DNA from: Dehalococcoidia bacterium
GTDB taxonomy: Bacteria > Chloroflexota > Dehalococcoidia > WHTO01
Length of the DNA stretch: 64,000 nt
Assembly (NCBI GenBank): GCA_040902555.1
Contig: JBBDXC010000001.1
Location: 150,662-214,661, forward strand
Direction: 5' to 3'
Each line of letters opens with the position of its first letter. The first letter of the stretch is position 1. The notes under the pieces are model-generated. The model was not told the DNA's origin, did no database searches, and was given only the letters and a program-made list of their open reading frames with translations. Position numbers and translations under genes: made by a program. Shown one piece after another: positions 47,180-56,246 of this stretch.

Positions 47180-50100
47180 TCAGGGGATGCTGGTCACGCT
47201 TTCGCAGCCGGCGGCGACGGCGGTGCCACCGATGAACGAGTCGGGGTTGGCGCCGCCGTGGCACTTGTCGTTGGCGCCATTCTCGCCGGCGATCTTGTCC
47301 TGGCCGGGGCCGCCGAGGAGGGTGTCATTGCCATCGCCGCCCTTGAGCCTGTCGTCGCCGAGCCCGCCCTCCAACCTGTTGATCGCCGTTGAACCGGTGA
47401 TCTTGTCGTTGCCGTCGCCGGCGCGGACGTGCTCGATCAAGATCAGACGGATGCCGGCGCCCTCGCCGGTGGCGGTGCCTATGGCGAGGTTTATGGTGCG
47501 GCCGACGGCGCCGGTGAAGACTGCCGTGTCGGCGCCCGCACCGCCGTTTACGGTGTCCTGGCCGGGGCCACCATCGATGGTGTCGGAACCGCCCTCGCCG
47601 AAGACCTTGTCGGCGCCGCCGCCGGCGTTGATGAGGTCGTTGCCGGCGCCGGCGCAGATGATGTCGTTGCCGCCGTTGCCGTTGATGCTCTCGCCACTGG
47701 CAGTGCCAACGATGACGTCGGCGGCGGCGGTGCCGGTTATAGTGCCGTCGGTGTCCAGCCAGATGGTGGCGAACTGGCCGTCGCAGAGCGGGCGATCGTC
47801 GCTGCCGTCGCAGACATCGCCGATGTCGTCCTGGTCGGTGTCCTGCTGGTTCGTGTTGGCGTTTTCGGCGCAGTTGTCTTGCTCATCGAGGATTGTGTCG
47901 CCGTCGAAGTCAGTCTCCGGGCAACCATCCCCATCGCCGAGGCCGTCGAGGTCTTCGGGCGTCAACGGGCAGGCGTCGTCCTGGTCCTCGACGAGGTCCG
48001 CGTCGGCGTCAGTTTCAGGGCAGCCGTCCGTGTCCTCCACGCCGTCGAAGTCCTCGGCCGAGTCGGGGCAGCCGTCGTTCAGGTTCAGGATCCCGTCTCC
48101 GTCGTTATCATCCCGCTCGAAGGCGCCGATGTCGCAGATTGCCGTCGTGTCGGAGTCGCCGTCGAGCGGCCTTGTCACACCCCGCTGGTCGAAACCGCCG
48201 ATGGCGGTGCAGGTGGCGTCGTCGCCGGCGTCAACCGCTGGGCTGGCGGCCAGCAGGGCGTGGGTTTTGGTCGGGCCGCCGTTCTCGGCCAGTGTGGGCG
48301 AGAGGCCGGCGTCGGCGACGTTGTCCTGGTTGCCGTTGGCGCCGCCTAGGGAGCAGGAGGCGTCGTCAGAGAGGTTGTGGCCTGCGGCGCTGGAGACAAC
48401 AACCTTGCAGTTATCGCCCGTGTTCTGCGCCAGCAACACGTTGGTGATCGTCAGCGTGCCGAAAGCGTCACGTTCGAGGGCGCCGCCGGTTAGGCCGGTG
48501 GCGGACAGGGTGATGGTGGTGTTTGCGATTGAAGCCGTGCCCTGGGTGGCGATCGCACCACCCTGCTGCGTCGCCGAGTTGTCGCTGAAGGTGCTGTTGG
48601 TCACGGTAAGGTCGCCGGCGTAGACGGCGCCCCCGCGGGCGGCGCTGTTGCCATCGAAGGTGCTGTCGGTGATCGTCCCTCCGCCGTGGATGGCGCCTCC
48701 GAAGCCGCCTGTGGCGCTGTTATCGCTGAAGGTGCTGGCGTCAACGGTGAGGGTGCCGAGGCTGCTAATGGCGCCCCCGTTGCCGTCGGTCGCGGTGTTC
48801 GACGTGAATACAGTGCTGGAAACCTGCAGGCTGCCGCCTGCGGCAACGCCGACCCCGCCACCACCCAGGCCGGAGTTGCTTGTGACCTCCAGATTGCTGA
48901 CCTCAGCGGCGAAGCTGCCGGTGACGAGAAGGGCGCCGCCGGGGAAGATCACTCCGCGGGCCGGGTAGTTGGCGAGCCCATTGGTCAGCGTGAGATCGGT
49001 GATGGTCACCGCATAAGGGCCGGGGTCCGCGGCGCTGTCCAGCTCGAAGAGGTGGCGGGTGTCCTGCCCATCGATAATCGTGCTCCCCGGGCCCTGGCCA
49101 TCAATCGTGAGGTTGCCTCGAACGTCCAGGCCTGAGTTGGAGCTCTGGATGAAGTTCACGGCCGGGAGTTTGATGGTGTCATGAGTGACCGGGTCGAAGT
49201 TGGCCTCGTCGAGGGCGGCACGCAGGGTGCACTGGTTGGCCGCCGTGGCGCAGAAGCCGTCGCCGATGTCGCCGTCCTGGGCCTCGGCCGTGCTGTTGAC
49301 GTTGAAGATCCGGGGGTTGGAGCCGTCGCAGACGTCGCCGAGGCCGTCGTTGTCGGTATCGGCCTGATCAGTGTTGACGACGAGCGGGCAGTTGTCCTCC
49401 GGGTCGTTCACGGTATCGCCATCGGTGTCCGCGTCGGCGGCGGCCAGCTCGTAGGCGCCTATGTCGCAGCGCGAGGTGGCGTCCGCGTTGCCGTCCTGGG
49501 GCCGCGCTACACCGCGCTGGTCGGTGGTTGGACAATTGAAGCCGGAGCCGTCGCTCAGGGTGTTGCCCTGGTCGATCGCCGGGCTGCCGGTGAGGAGGGC
49601 GTGGGTCCGGGTCGTGGCCGTCGGACCGGGGTTGAGGGCGAGGGCATCCAGGCTGGCGAACAAACCCGCGTCGGCGGTGATCAGCGGGTTGCCTGCGCCG
49701 CCCCCGCAGCCAGAGTCGCTGGCGAGGTTGTTGCCTTCATTTCTAATCTCGCTGCCGCCGCTGCAGTCGAGGTTCGAGTTGTCGCTGGCGATGATCGAGT
49801 TCGAGACGAACGTGGTGCCGGTCGCCGAGCCGCCGGGGTCGTGGATGTTGCCCCCGTCGGGGTTGGGGTCCAGGTTGGTCGCTGCGTTGTTGTAGAGGGT
49901 GACGCTGATCAGTTGCAGGTGGCCCGGGCCACCGTTGCTGGTGCCGCCGCCCTGGCCGGCGGTGACAAAGTTGGCGCTGAGCGTCGAGTTTGTCACGGTG
50001 GCCAGGGATGTGGAGTGGTTGAAGATAGCGCCGCCGTCGGAGGTCGAGAAGTTGCGGTCGAAGGTGCTGTTGCTGACCAGCAGGCCGCCGGTGTTGTGGA

Positions 50101-50878
50101 TCCCGCCACCCCGACCGGGGAAGGGGTTGGAGCCGGCAAAGTTCTGCAAGAAGGTCGTGTTGTCGACCTCCACGATCCCGCCTGGGTCGTTGTGGATACC
50201 ACCGCCGTGACCGGCGGGCGCGCTGTTTCCGTTGAGGCTGCTGTTGACGACTGTGAGCTTGCCCTGGCCGTCGTTAAAGATGGCGCCGCCGTTGCGGGTG
50301 CCGGCGCCGCCAACCGATGCGTTGCCGGTGAGGACAACGCCGTCGAGGACAAGGTCGGCGTTGGGCCTGTTGCGGATGGCTCCGCCCGGACCGTCGAGGC
50401 GCTCACCGTTGGTGACGGTCAGATTCCTGATGATCACCGCGCAGGTGAAGGTGCCGGGGGCGCCGGCCGGGCAGACGGTTTCGAAAACGCGGTCCTGATG
50501 CTGGCCGCTGATGCTGGTGGAGCCCGAGCCGGCCCCATTTATCTGGAGGTCCTTCGTAATGTCGAGGTCACCCGTCGCGGCGGCCTGCTCGTCGGCGTTG
50601 GGCGGACCGGCGTTGATGATGGAGAGACTGTAGTTGCCGGCCGGCAGGGTGATGATGTCGGGGCCGACAGTGGAGTTCGCCTTGATGATGGCGCCGCGGA
50701 GCGAGCAGTCGCCGGCCGCGCCCGTGCAGGCCTGGAGCGCGGCGCTATCGGTGGTTGTGTCTACTTCTAGCGTGTCGGCGAGCGCCGCGCGTGGCGCAGC
50801 CAGTTGCAGGGCAATGAGAATTGCCGCGCCGATGAGAGCGCTGCTCTTCAAGAGGAGGACGAGTCGAGCGTGCACCAT
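47180..50878 (-). CDS. Giant secreted protein with two CSLREA-capped beta-helix (Pmp GGAI repeat) regions, TSP3-like repeats and RTX-type C-terminal module. Paralog 3.
   Basis: Signal peptide. CSLRGAIIKAN and CTLRAALDEAN caps. Many GGAI/GGGIHN repeats. DxDxDG-rich TSP3 stretch. C-terminus …CESVTSIP. Confidence 0.7.
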   Translation of the reverse strand: MVHARLVLLLKSSALIGAAILIALQLAAPRAALADTLEVDTTTDSAALQACTGAAGDCSLRGAIIKANSTVGPDIITLPAGNYSLSIINAGPPNADEQAAATGDLDITKDLQINGAGSGSTSISGQHQDRVFETVCPAGAPGTFTCAVIIRNLTVTNGERLDGPGGAIRNRPNADLVLDGVVLTGNASVGGAGTRNGGAIFNDGQGKLTVVNSSLNGNSAPAGHGGGIHNDPGGIVEVDNTTFLQNFAGSNPFPGRGGGIHNTGGLLVSNSTFDRNFSTSDGGAIFNHSTSLATVTNSTLSANFVTAGQGGGTSNGGPGHLQLISVTLYNNAATNLDPNPDGGNIHDPGGSATGTTFVSNSIIASDNSNLDCSGGSEIRNEGNNLASDSGCGGGAGNPLITADAGLFASLDALALNPGPTATTRTHALLTGSPAIDQGNTLSDGSGFNCPTTDQRGVARPQDGNADATSRCDIGAYELAAADADTDGDTVNDPEDNCPLVVNTDQADTDNDGLGDVCDGSNPRIFNVNSTAEAQDGDIGDGFCATAANQCTLRAALDEANFDPVTHDTIKLPAVNFIQSSNSGLDVRGNLTIDGQGPGSTIIDGQDTRHLFELDSAADPGPYAVTITDLTLTNGLANYPARGVIFPGGALLVTGSFAAEVSNLEVTSNSGLGGGGVGVAAGGSLQVSSTVFTSNTATDGNGGAISSLGTLTVDASTFSDNSATGGFGGAIHGGGTITDSTFDGNSAARGGAVYAGDLTVTNSTFSDNSATQQGGAIATQGTASIANTTITLSATGLTGGALERDAFGTLTITNVLLAQNTGDNCKVVVSSAAGHNLSDDASCSLGGANGNQDNVADAGLSPTLAENGGPTKTHALLAASPAVDAGDDATCTAIGGFDQRGVTRPLDGDSDTTAICDIGAFERDDNDGDGILNLNDGCPDSAEDFDGVEDTDGCPETDADADLVEDQDDACPLTPEDLDGLGDGDGCPETDFDGDTILDEQDNCAENANTNQQDTDQDDIGDVCDGSDDRPLCDGQFATIWLDTDGTITGTAAADVIVGTASGESINGNGGNDIICAGAGNDLINAGGGADKVFGEGGSDTIDGGPGQDTVNGGAGADTAVFTGAVGRTINLAIGTATGEGAGIRLILIEHVRAGDGNDKITGSTAINRLEGGLGDDRLKGGDGNDTLLGGPGQDKIAGENGANDKCHGGANPDSFIGGTAVAAGCESVTSIP

Positions 50879-51086
50879 ATCCAGCTTTGCGGAGCTAGTA
50901 GCCGGACTCTAGTTGCGCACCCCCGAAAAGTCAACATAAGCGTGTGGTGGTTCGACGTCCCTTGCCGAAGCTTTCGGAGGTGGAGACGGCCCCGCATCCC
51001 CGCCCACCTCACCCCATTCCCCCTTCGCCGAGGCGAATCTTCGATCTCCGCAAGCAGAGAGGGGAAATGGCTAAGGTCGCAGCGGG

Positions 51087-52049
51087 TTATTGGCGGCGGG
51101 GGCTGTGCTGGGCGTAGAAGGCCTGGTCGTAGACCTCCTTCTGCCGGGCCTGGGTCACGTGGGTATAAATCTGCGTGGTGTTGACGTTGGAGTGGCCCAT
51201 GAGCTCCTGGACGATGCGCAGCTCGGCGCCGTTGTCGAGCATGTGGGTGGCGAAGCTGTGGCGCAGGAGGTGGGGGTAGACGCGCTGATCGATGCCTGCC
51301 TTGACGGCGTAGCTGCGCACCAGTTTCTGGACAGAGCGGGCGGAAAGGCGGCCGCCATCGCGGTTGAGGAAGAGCGCAGCGGAGCGGGTATGGCCCGGAA
51401 GGAGGCGGGGGCGGCCGTCCTTGAGGTACTGGCTGATCGCGGCGCGCGCCGGCCGGCCGATGAAGACGCGGCGCTCCTTGTCGCCCTTGCCGCGGACGAC
51501 GAGCTCTTCGCCGTCAGTGCTGAACTGGCCAAGGTCGACCTGCACGAGCTCGCTGACGCGGACGCCGGAGCTGAAGAGGAGCTCGAGGATGGCGCGGTCG
51601 CGCAGGCCCTGGGGGTTGTCGCGCTCGGGCGCGTTGAGCAGGGCCTCGATCTGTTCCATGCGCAGGAAGGAGGGGAGGCGCTGAGGCTTCCTCGGGCTGT
51701 GCAAGGCCAGGAGGCGATTGACCTGGATCTGCCCGTCGCGTTCGAGGTAGCGGAAGAAACCTTTGATCGTGCTGACCTTACGGATGACGCTGCCGCGCGA
51801 CATGCCGCGACCTGATAACTCAGCGAGGTAGCCGCGGACGACGTGGCGGTCGATGTCGAGCAGGCCGAGGCGTCGTTCTTCGACGTGTCGGGCGAAGTCG
51901 GAGAGGTCCTGGCGATAGTTGCGGAGGGTCAGCGGCGAAAGGTTCTTCTCGACGCCGCTGTCGGCAACATAGCGCTCGATGACCGGCGCCAGAGCGCTGG
52001 GGGCTGCCTCGCGGGCAGGACGAGGCGAGGCTGCGATGGAGGCGGTCAT
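51087..52049 (-). CDS. xerC: Tyrosine recombinase XerC-like.
   Basis: …HLLRHSFATHML…LMGHSNVNTTQIYTHV with an N-terminal core-binding domain. Confidence 0.8.
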   Translation of the reverse strand: MTASIAASPRPAREAAPSALAPVIERYVADSGVEKNLSPLTLRNYRQDLSDFARHVEERRLGLLDIDRHVVRGYLAELSGRGMSRGSVIRKVSTIKGFFRYLERDGQIQVNRLLALHSPRKPQRLPSFLRMEQIEALLNAPERDNPQGLRDRAILELLFSSGVRVSELVQVDLGQFSTDGEELVVRGKGDKERRVFIGRPARAAISQYLKDGRPRLLPGHTRSAALFLNRDGGRLSARSVQKLVRSYAVKAGIDQRVYPHLLRHSFATHMLDNGAELRIVQELMGHSNVNTTQIYTHVTQARQKEVYDQAFYAQHSPRRQ

Positions 52050-52125
52050 GCCGGCGGAGCCCTCCTGTCGTGTTCGCGGCCAGTATAAGCCTGCCGCGAG
52101 CGCGCCCGCATAGAATGACTACCTG

Positions 52126-52680
52126 ATGGTCACGACGAGAAAGATGACGCTTGAGGAGTATCTGGAGCTGCCGCAGGCGAAGCCCTACCTGGAGTTCGTC
52201 GACGGGGAGGTTGTGGAGAAGATGTCACCTCAGGCGCAGCACTCACGCATTCAAGGGGCTCTTCTTGCGATGTTTGGGTCGTTGAAACCGTATGGATATG
52301 AGGCGCTTTCAGAATTGCATTCGCTTTTCGGCCGACCGGCCCGCGGCTATATCCCCGATGTCGTAATCGTGGCTACCTCGCGCCTGCAGCGGGACGAACG
52401 GGGCCGCGTTTTCGGCCCAATCAACTTTGCACCAGAGATCGCCATCGAGATATTGTCCCCGGACGACAGAGCGGGGCGTGTGCTTGAGAAGCTCACGTTT
52501 TACATGGATAACGGAGTGCAGTTAGCCCTGGTTATTGACCCCGATATAGAACGTGTCAGCGTGTACAGGCCCGGCCAGGCGCCGCTCCTTTTTCCGCGGT
52601 CGGCGACGATAGACCTTTCACCGGTTATCCCTGACTTCTCAATGGAGTTGGAGAAGGTCTTCGGGGCGCTGGAGGAGTAG
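52126..52680 (+). CDS. Uma2-family (DUF820) PD-(D/E)xK endonuclease-like protein.
   Basis: …YLEFVDGEVVEKMSP…PDVVIV…PEIAIEILSP… Uma2 signature. Confidence 0.8.
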   Translation: MVTTRKMTLEEYLELPQAKPYLEFVDGEVVEKMSPQAQHSRIQGALLAMFGSLKPYGYEALSELHSLFGRPARGYIPDVVIVATSRLQRDERGRVFGPINFAPEIAIEILSPDDRAGRVLEKLTFYMDNGVQLALVIDPDIERVSVYRPGQAPLLFPRSATIDLSPVIPDFSMELEKVFGALEE

Positions 52681-52683
52681 GGG

Positions 52684-55065
52684 TCACGCCGGCACAAGCT
52701 CGCGTTCGGGCTCGGGTTCGGGGGCCGGCGTGGGAGCGGGGCCCTTCCATTCGCACTTCGTGCACTTGGCGTTCTTCGCCGTGGTGGCGACGATCAGGCT
52801 GCCACAGTTGGGGCAGGGCTCCGGGAGGGGCTGGCTCCAGCTCGTCCAGTCGCAGTCCGGGTAGTTGACGCAGCCCCAGAAGGTCTTCTGACGGCCCTTG
52901 CGGCTCGACTTCTCGGCGATCTCGCCGCCGTCCTTCGGGCACGTCACGCCCGCCACCTTCTTGAGGATCGGGCGGGTGCCCTTGCAGTCGGGGTAGCGCG
53001 TGCAGGCCAGGAATGGACCAAAGCGGCCGCGCTTGATCGCCATCGGGGCGTTGCACTCCTGGCAGAACTCGGGCTGCTCGAGCTCGATCTCGGGCTCCAG
53101 CGAGCGCGTGTTCTTGCACTCCGGGTAGCCGCTGCAGGCGAGGAACTTGCCGTTGCGGCCCCAACGGATGACCATCGGATGCCCCGACTTCTCGCAGATC
53201 TCGTCGGTCTGTTCGGCGACGATGTCGGCCTCCCGGGCCTTGCCAATGGCGATCTCAAGAGGGTCGTAGAACTCCTTGACCACCGGCCGCCATTCGCGTT
53301 CGCCACGCGAGACCTCGTCCAGCTCTTCCTCCATCTGGGCGGTGAAGGGTATGGCCAGGAGGTCGGCAAAGTGCTCCTGCAAAAGGTCGTTGACGGTGCA
53401 GCCTAGCTCCGTCGGCCGCAGGGCGCGGCCATCGGCCCGCTCGACGTATTCGCGGTCCTGGATGGTGGACATAATCGCAGCGTAGGTGCTCGGACGGCCG
53501 ATACCGTTCTCCTCGAGCGCTTTGACTAGCGAAGCCTCGGTATAGCGCGGGGGCGGCTCTGTGAAGTGCTGGTCGGGGAAGAGGTCGACGAGGTTCAGGG
53601 CCTGGCCGTGGACGAGGTCGGGCAGGTTGGAGCCCGCGCCCTCTTCGTCCTCTTCCTCGGCGACGCCGCCGTAGAGCTGCAGCCAGCCGGCGAAGCGCAG
53701 GCGGCGCGAGTTGGCGCGGACGATGTAGTTGGGCTCGCCGTCCCGCGGCAGGGCCTCGACGTCGACCGTCGTCACGTCGAACTGGGCATCCGCCATCTGG
53801 CTGGCGAGGAAGCGGTTCCAGATTAGCGAGTAGAGGCGGAACTGGTCGTTGTCGAGGTAGGCACGGACCGACTCGGGGTCGCGCCGGACGGAGCTGGGCC
53901 TAATGGCCTCGTGAGCTTCCTGGGCGTGCTTCGCCTTCTTGCTGAAGGTGCGCGCTGCCGGAGGGACGTAGTCGACACCGAAGCGGCTGCTGATGTAGTG
54001 GCGGGCACCGTCGCGCGCCTCGTCGCTGATGTTCGTCGAGTCGGTGCGCATATAGGTGATGAGGCCGACGTTGCCCTCGTTGGTGCGCACGCCTTCGTAG
54101 AGCTGCTGGGCGAGGGCCATGGCGCGGCGGGCGGTGTAGCCCAGCCGGCGCGAAGCCTCCTGCTGCAGCGTGCTGGTGATAAAGGGGGCGGCGGGGCGGC
54201 GGGCCTGGGTGCGGCGGCGGATGTCGGAGACTCGATAGCGGGCAGGGCGCAGCCGGCCGGTCAGGGCTTCGACCGCCGCGGCCGACGATAGCTCTATCTT
54301 CTCGACCTTGTCGCCGGCGATGCCTTCGAACTTGGCGCGGAAGACCTTGCCCTGGTCCGTTGCCGGCTCGAGGTCCAGGTCGATGGTCCAGTACTCCTGG
54401 GGCACGAAGGCCTGAATCTCACGCTCGCGGTCAACGACCATCTTCAGGGCCGGCGACTGGACGCGGCCGGCCGAGAGCCCGCGACGGACCTTCTGCCCGA
54501 GGATCGGGCTGATCTTGTAGCCGATCAGGCGGTCGAGGACACGGCGGGCCTGCTGGGCGTCGACGAGCTGCGCGTTGATCGGGCGGGGCTCGTCGAAGGC
54601 GCGCTTGACGGCGTCGCGGGTGATCTCGTGGAAGACGAGGCGCTGGTGCGGGATGTTGTTGAGCTCCGCGGCCTCGACGAGGTGCCAGGAGATGGCCTCG
54701 CCCTCGCGGTCGGGGTCCGTGGCCAGCCAGACGGCTTTGGCGTCCTTGGCCTGGCTCTTTATGCGGTTGACGACGGCGCGCTTGTCGGTCGGCACGACGT
54801 AGGTCGGCTCGAAGCCATCATCGACCTCGACGCCCAGCTTGCTCTTGGGCAGGTCGCGGACATGGCCAACGGAGGCCTCGACCACATAGCCGCTGCCGAG
54901 GAAGCCCGCGAGGGTACGAGCCTTGGCCGGGGACTCGACGATGACGAGGTCCTTGCCGGCGGCGCTGACCATGGGGGCGGCCCTGCGGGTGGTGGTCCGG
55001 CTGCTGCCTCGGGCGGCGCCGGCTTTCTTTGTTGTTTTGCGTTTTTTGGTTTTGGTTTCAGGCAC
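52684..55065 (-). CDS. topA: DNA topoisomerase I with C-terminal zinc ribbons.
   Basis: TOPRIM (VIVESPAKA), catalytic Tyr region and repeated C4 ribbons (CPNCGS…CTKC). Confidence 0.95.
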   Translation of the reverse strand: MPETKTKKRKTTKKAGAARGSSRTTTRRAAPMVSAAGKDLVIVESPAKARTLAGFLGSGYVVEASVGHVRDLPKSKLGVEVDDGFEPTYVVPTDKRAVVNRIKSQAKDAKAVWLATDPDREGEAISWHLVEAAELNNIPHQRLVFHEITRDAVKRAFDEPRPINAQLVDAQQARRVLDRLIGYKISPILGQKVRRGLSAGRVQSPALKMVVDREREIQAFVPQEYWTIDLDLEPATDQGKVFRAKFEGIAGDKVEKIELSSAAAVEALTGRLRPARYRVSDIRRRTQARRPAAPFITSTLQQEASRRLGYTARRAMALAQQLYEGVRTNEGNVGLITYMRTDSTNISDEARDGARHYISSRFGVDYVPPAARTFSKKAKHAQEAHEAIRPSSVRRDPESVRAYLDNDQFRLYSLIWNRFLASQMADAQFDVTTVDVEALPRDGEPNYIVRANSRRLRFAGWLQLYGGVAEEEDEEGAGSNLPDLVHGQALNLVDLFPDQHFTEPPPRYTEASLVKALEENGIGRPSTYAAIMSTIQDREYVERADGRALRPTELGCTVNDLLQEHFADLLAIPFTAQMEEELDEVSRGEREWRPVVKEFYDPLEIAIGKAREADIVAEQTDEICEKSGHPMVIRWGRNGKFLACSGYPECKNTRSLEPEIELEQPEFCQECNAPMAIKRGRFGPFLACTRYPDCKGTRPILKKVAGVTCPKDGGEIAEKSSRKGRQKTFWGCVNYPDCDWTSWSQPLPEPCPNCGSLIVATTAKNAKCTKCEWKGPAPTPAPEPEPERELVPA

Positions 55066-55128
55066 TGTTATCTCGTGCTCACCTTAGAGGGAGCTGTCAA
55101 GTCCTTGTCTTTACTAGGCGGTTGAATT

Positions 55129-56214
55129 TCAGCGGGAGCGCACGTAGCTCATGGCGCCGACCTGGCGGACGGCCCCCTTGAGCTCAAGCATGGCGAGGGC
55201 GCTGCTGACCTCGGCTATGCCCAGCCCGGTGCTCCTGCGGACCTCGTCGATATGACGGGGTTCCAGGGTCAGGTTACTGAGCAGGGCAGCCTCGGTCTGA
55301 TCTGCCGGCAGCAACTCCTCCAATTGGATCTGGCGAACGGCCATCGTCAGGTTGAGCTCTTCAAGAATATCGTCCGGGCTGGTCACAAGTTTCGCGGCAC
55401 TGTCACGAATTAGTGAATTTGTGCCCCGGCTGGCGCCCGAATAGATAGGCCCGGGCACGGCGAAGACCTCGCGGTTTTGCTCCAGCGCCTGCTGCGCCGT
55501 GATCAGGGCGCCGCTTTTTTCGCCGGCTTCGATGATCAATACGCCGAGGCTGAGCCCGGAGAGGATGCGATTGCGGCGCGGGAAAAAGTCGCCGCGCGGC
55601 TCGACACCCGGCGGGTACTCCGAGATCAGGGCGCCCTGGTCAATCACAGCCTCCGCCAGGCGCTTGTGCTCGGGCGGGTAGACCATGTCGAGGCCGCAGG
55701 CGAGTACAGCGAGCGTGCGGCCACCAGCTTGGAGGGCGGCGCGATGGGCGATGGCGTCGATGCCGCGGGCGAGGCCGCTGACGATGGTGATGCCGCTTGC
55801 CGAGAGCGCCGCAGTGAGCTGCTCGGCGACCTGGCGGCCATAAGGTGTCGCTCGGCGCGTGCCAACGACGGCAATGGCCCACTGGTCCTGCTCGGCCAGG
55901 CTGCCGCGGACGAAGAGCATGGGCGGCTTGTCGTCGATCTCGGCCAGCTGCCGCGGGTAGCGGGGGTCGTGCCAGGTGATGACGTCCATGCCGTGGCTAA
56001 CGACGATGTCCATCACGGCGTCGGGGTCGATCTCGTGGCGCCCGGCGATGATGCGGTCGCAGGTGCCTTCATCGAGGCCCGCGGCGCGCAGGTCTGAGCG
56101 CGAGGCATTCCAGGCTGATTCCATGTCTGGGAAAGCCGCCTCGAGGCGACCGAAGCGGATGCGGCCCAGGCCGCCGATGGAGTTAAGGGCGATAAAGTAC
56201 TTTAAGTCGGACAT
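55129..56214 (-). CDS. dprA: DNA-processing protein DprA (Smf).
   Basis: Rossmann-like DprA core (…IVSGLARGIDAIAHRAAL…) and C-terminal winged helix. Confidence 0.85.
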   Translation of the reverse strand: MSDLKYFIALNSIGGLGRIRFGRLEAAFPDMESAWNASRSDLRAAGLDEGTCDRIIAGRHEIDPDAVMDIVVSHGMDVITWHDPRYPRQLAEIDDKPPMLFVRGSLAEQDQWAIAVVGTRRATPYGRQVAEQLTAALSASGITIVSGLARGIDAIAHRAALQAGGRTLAVLACGLDMVYPPEHKRLAEAVIDQGALISEYPPGVEPRGDFFPRRNRILSGLSLGVLIIEAGEKSGALITAQQALEQNREVFAVPGPIYSGASRGTNSLIRDSAAKLVTSPDDILEELNLTMAVRQIQLEELLPADQTEAALLSNLTLEPRHIDEVRRSTGLGIAEVSSALAMLELKGAVRQVGAMSYVRSR

Positions 56215-56246
56215 ATGTTCGCAGGGATTCTAACAAAATTAGAGGG

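Noticed and set aside
47187-50770. Several long plus-strand ORFs (47187..48623, 49181..50770, 47429..48349).
   Set aside because: Shadow ORFs opposite the giant beta-helix gene. Repetitive Ser/Pro/Ala composition mirrors the repeats on the coding strand.
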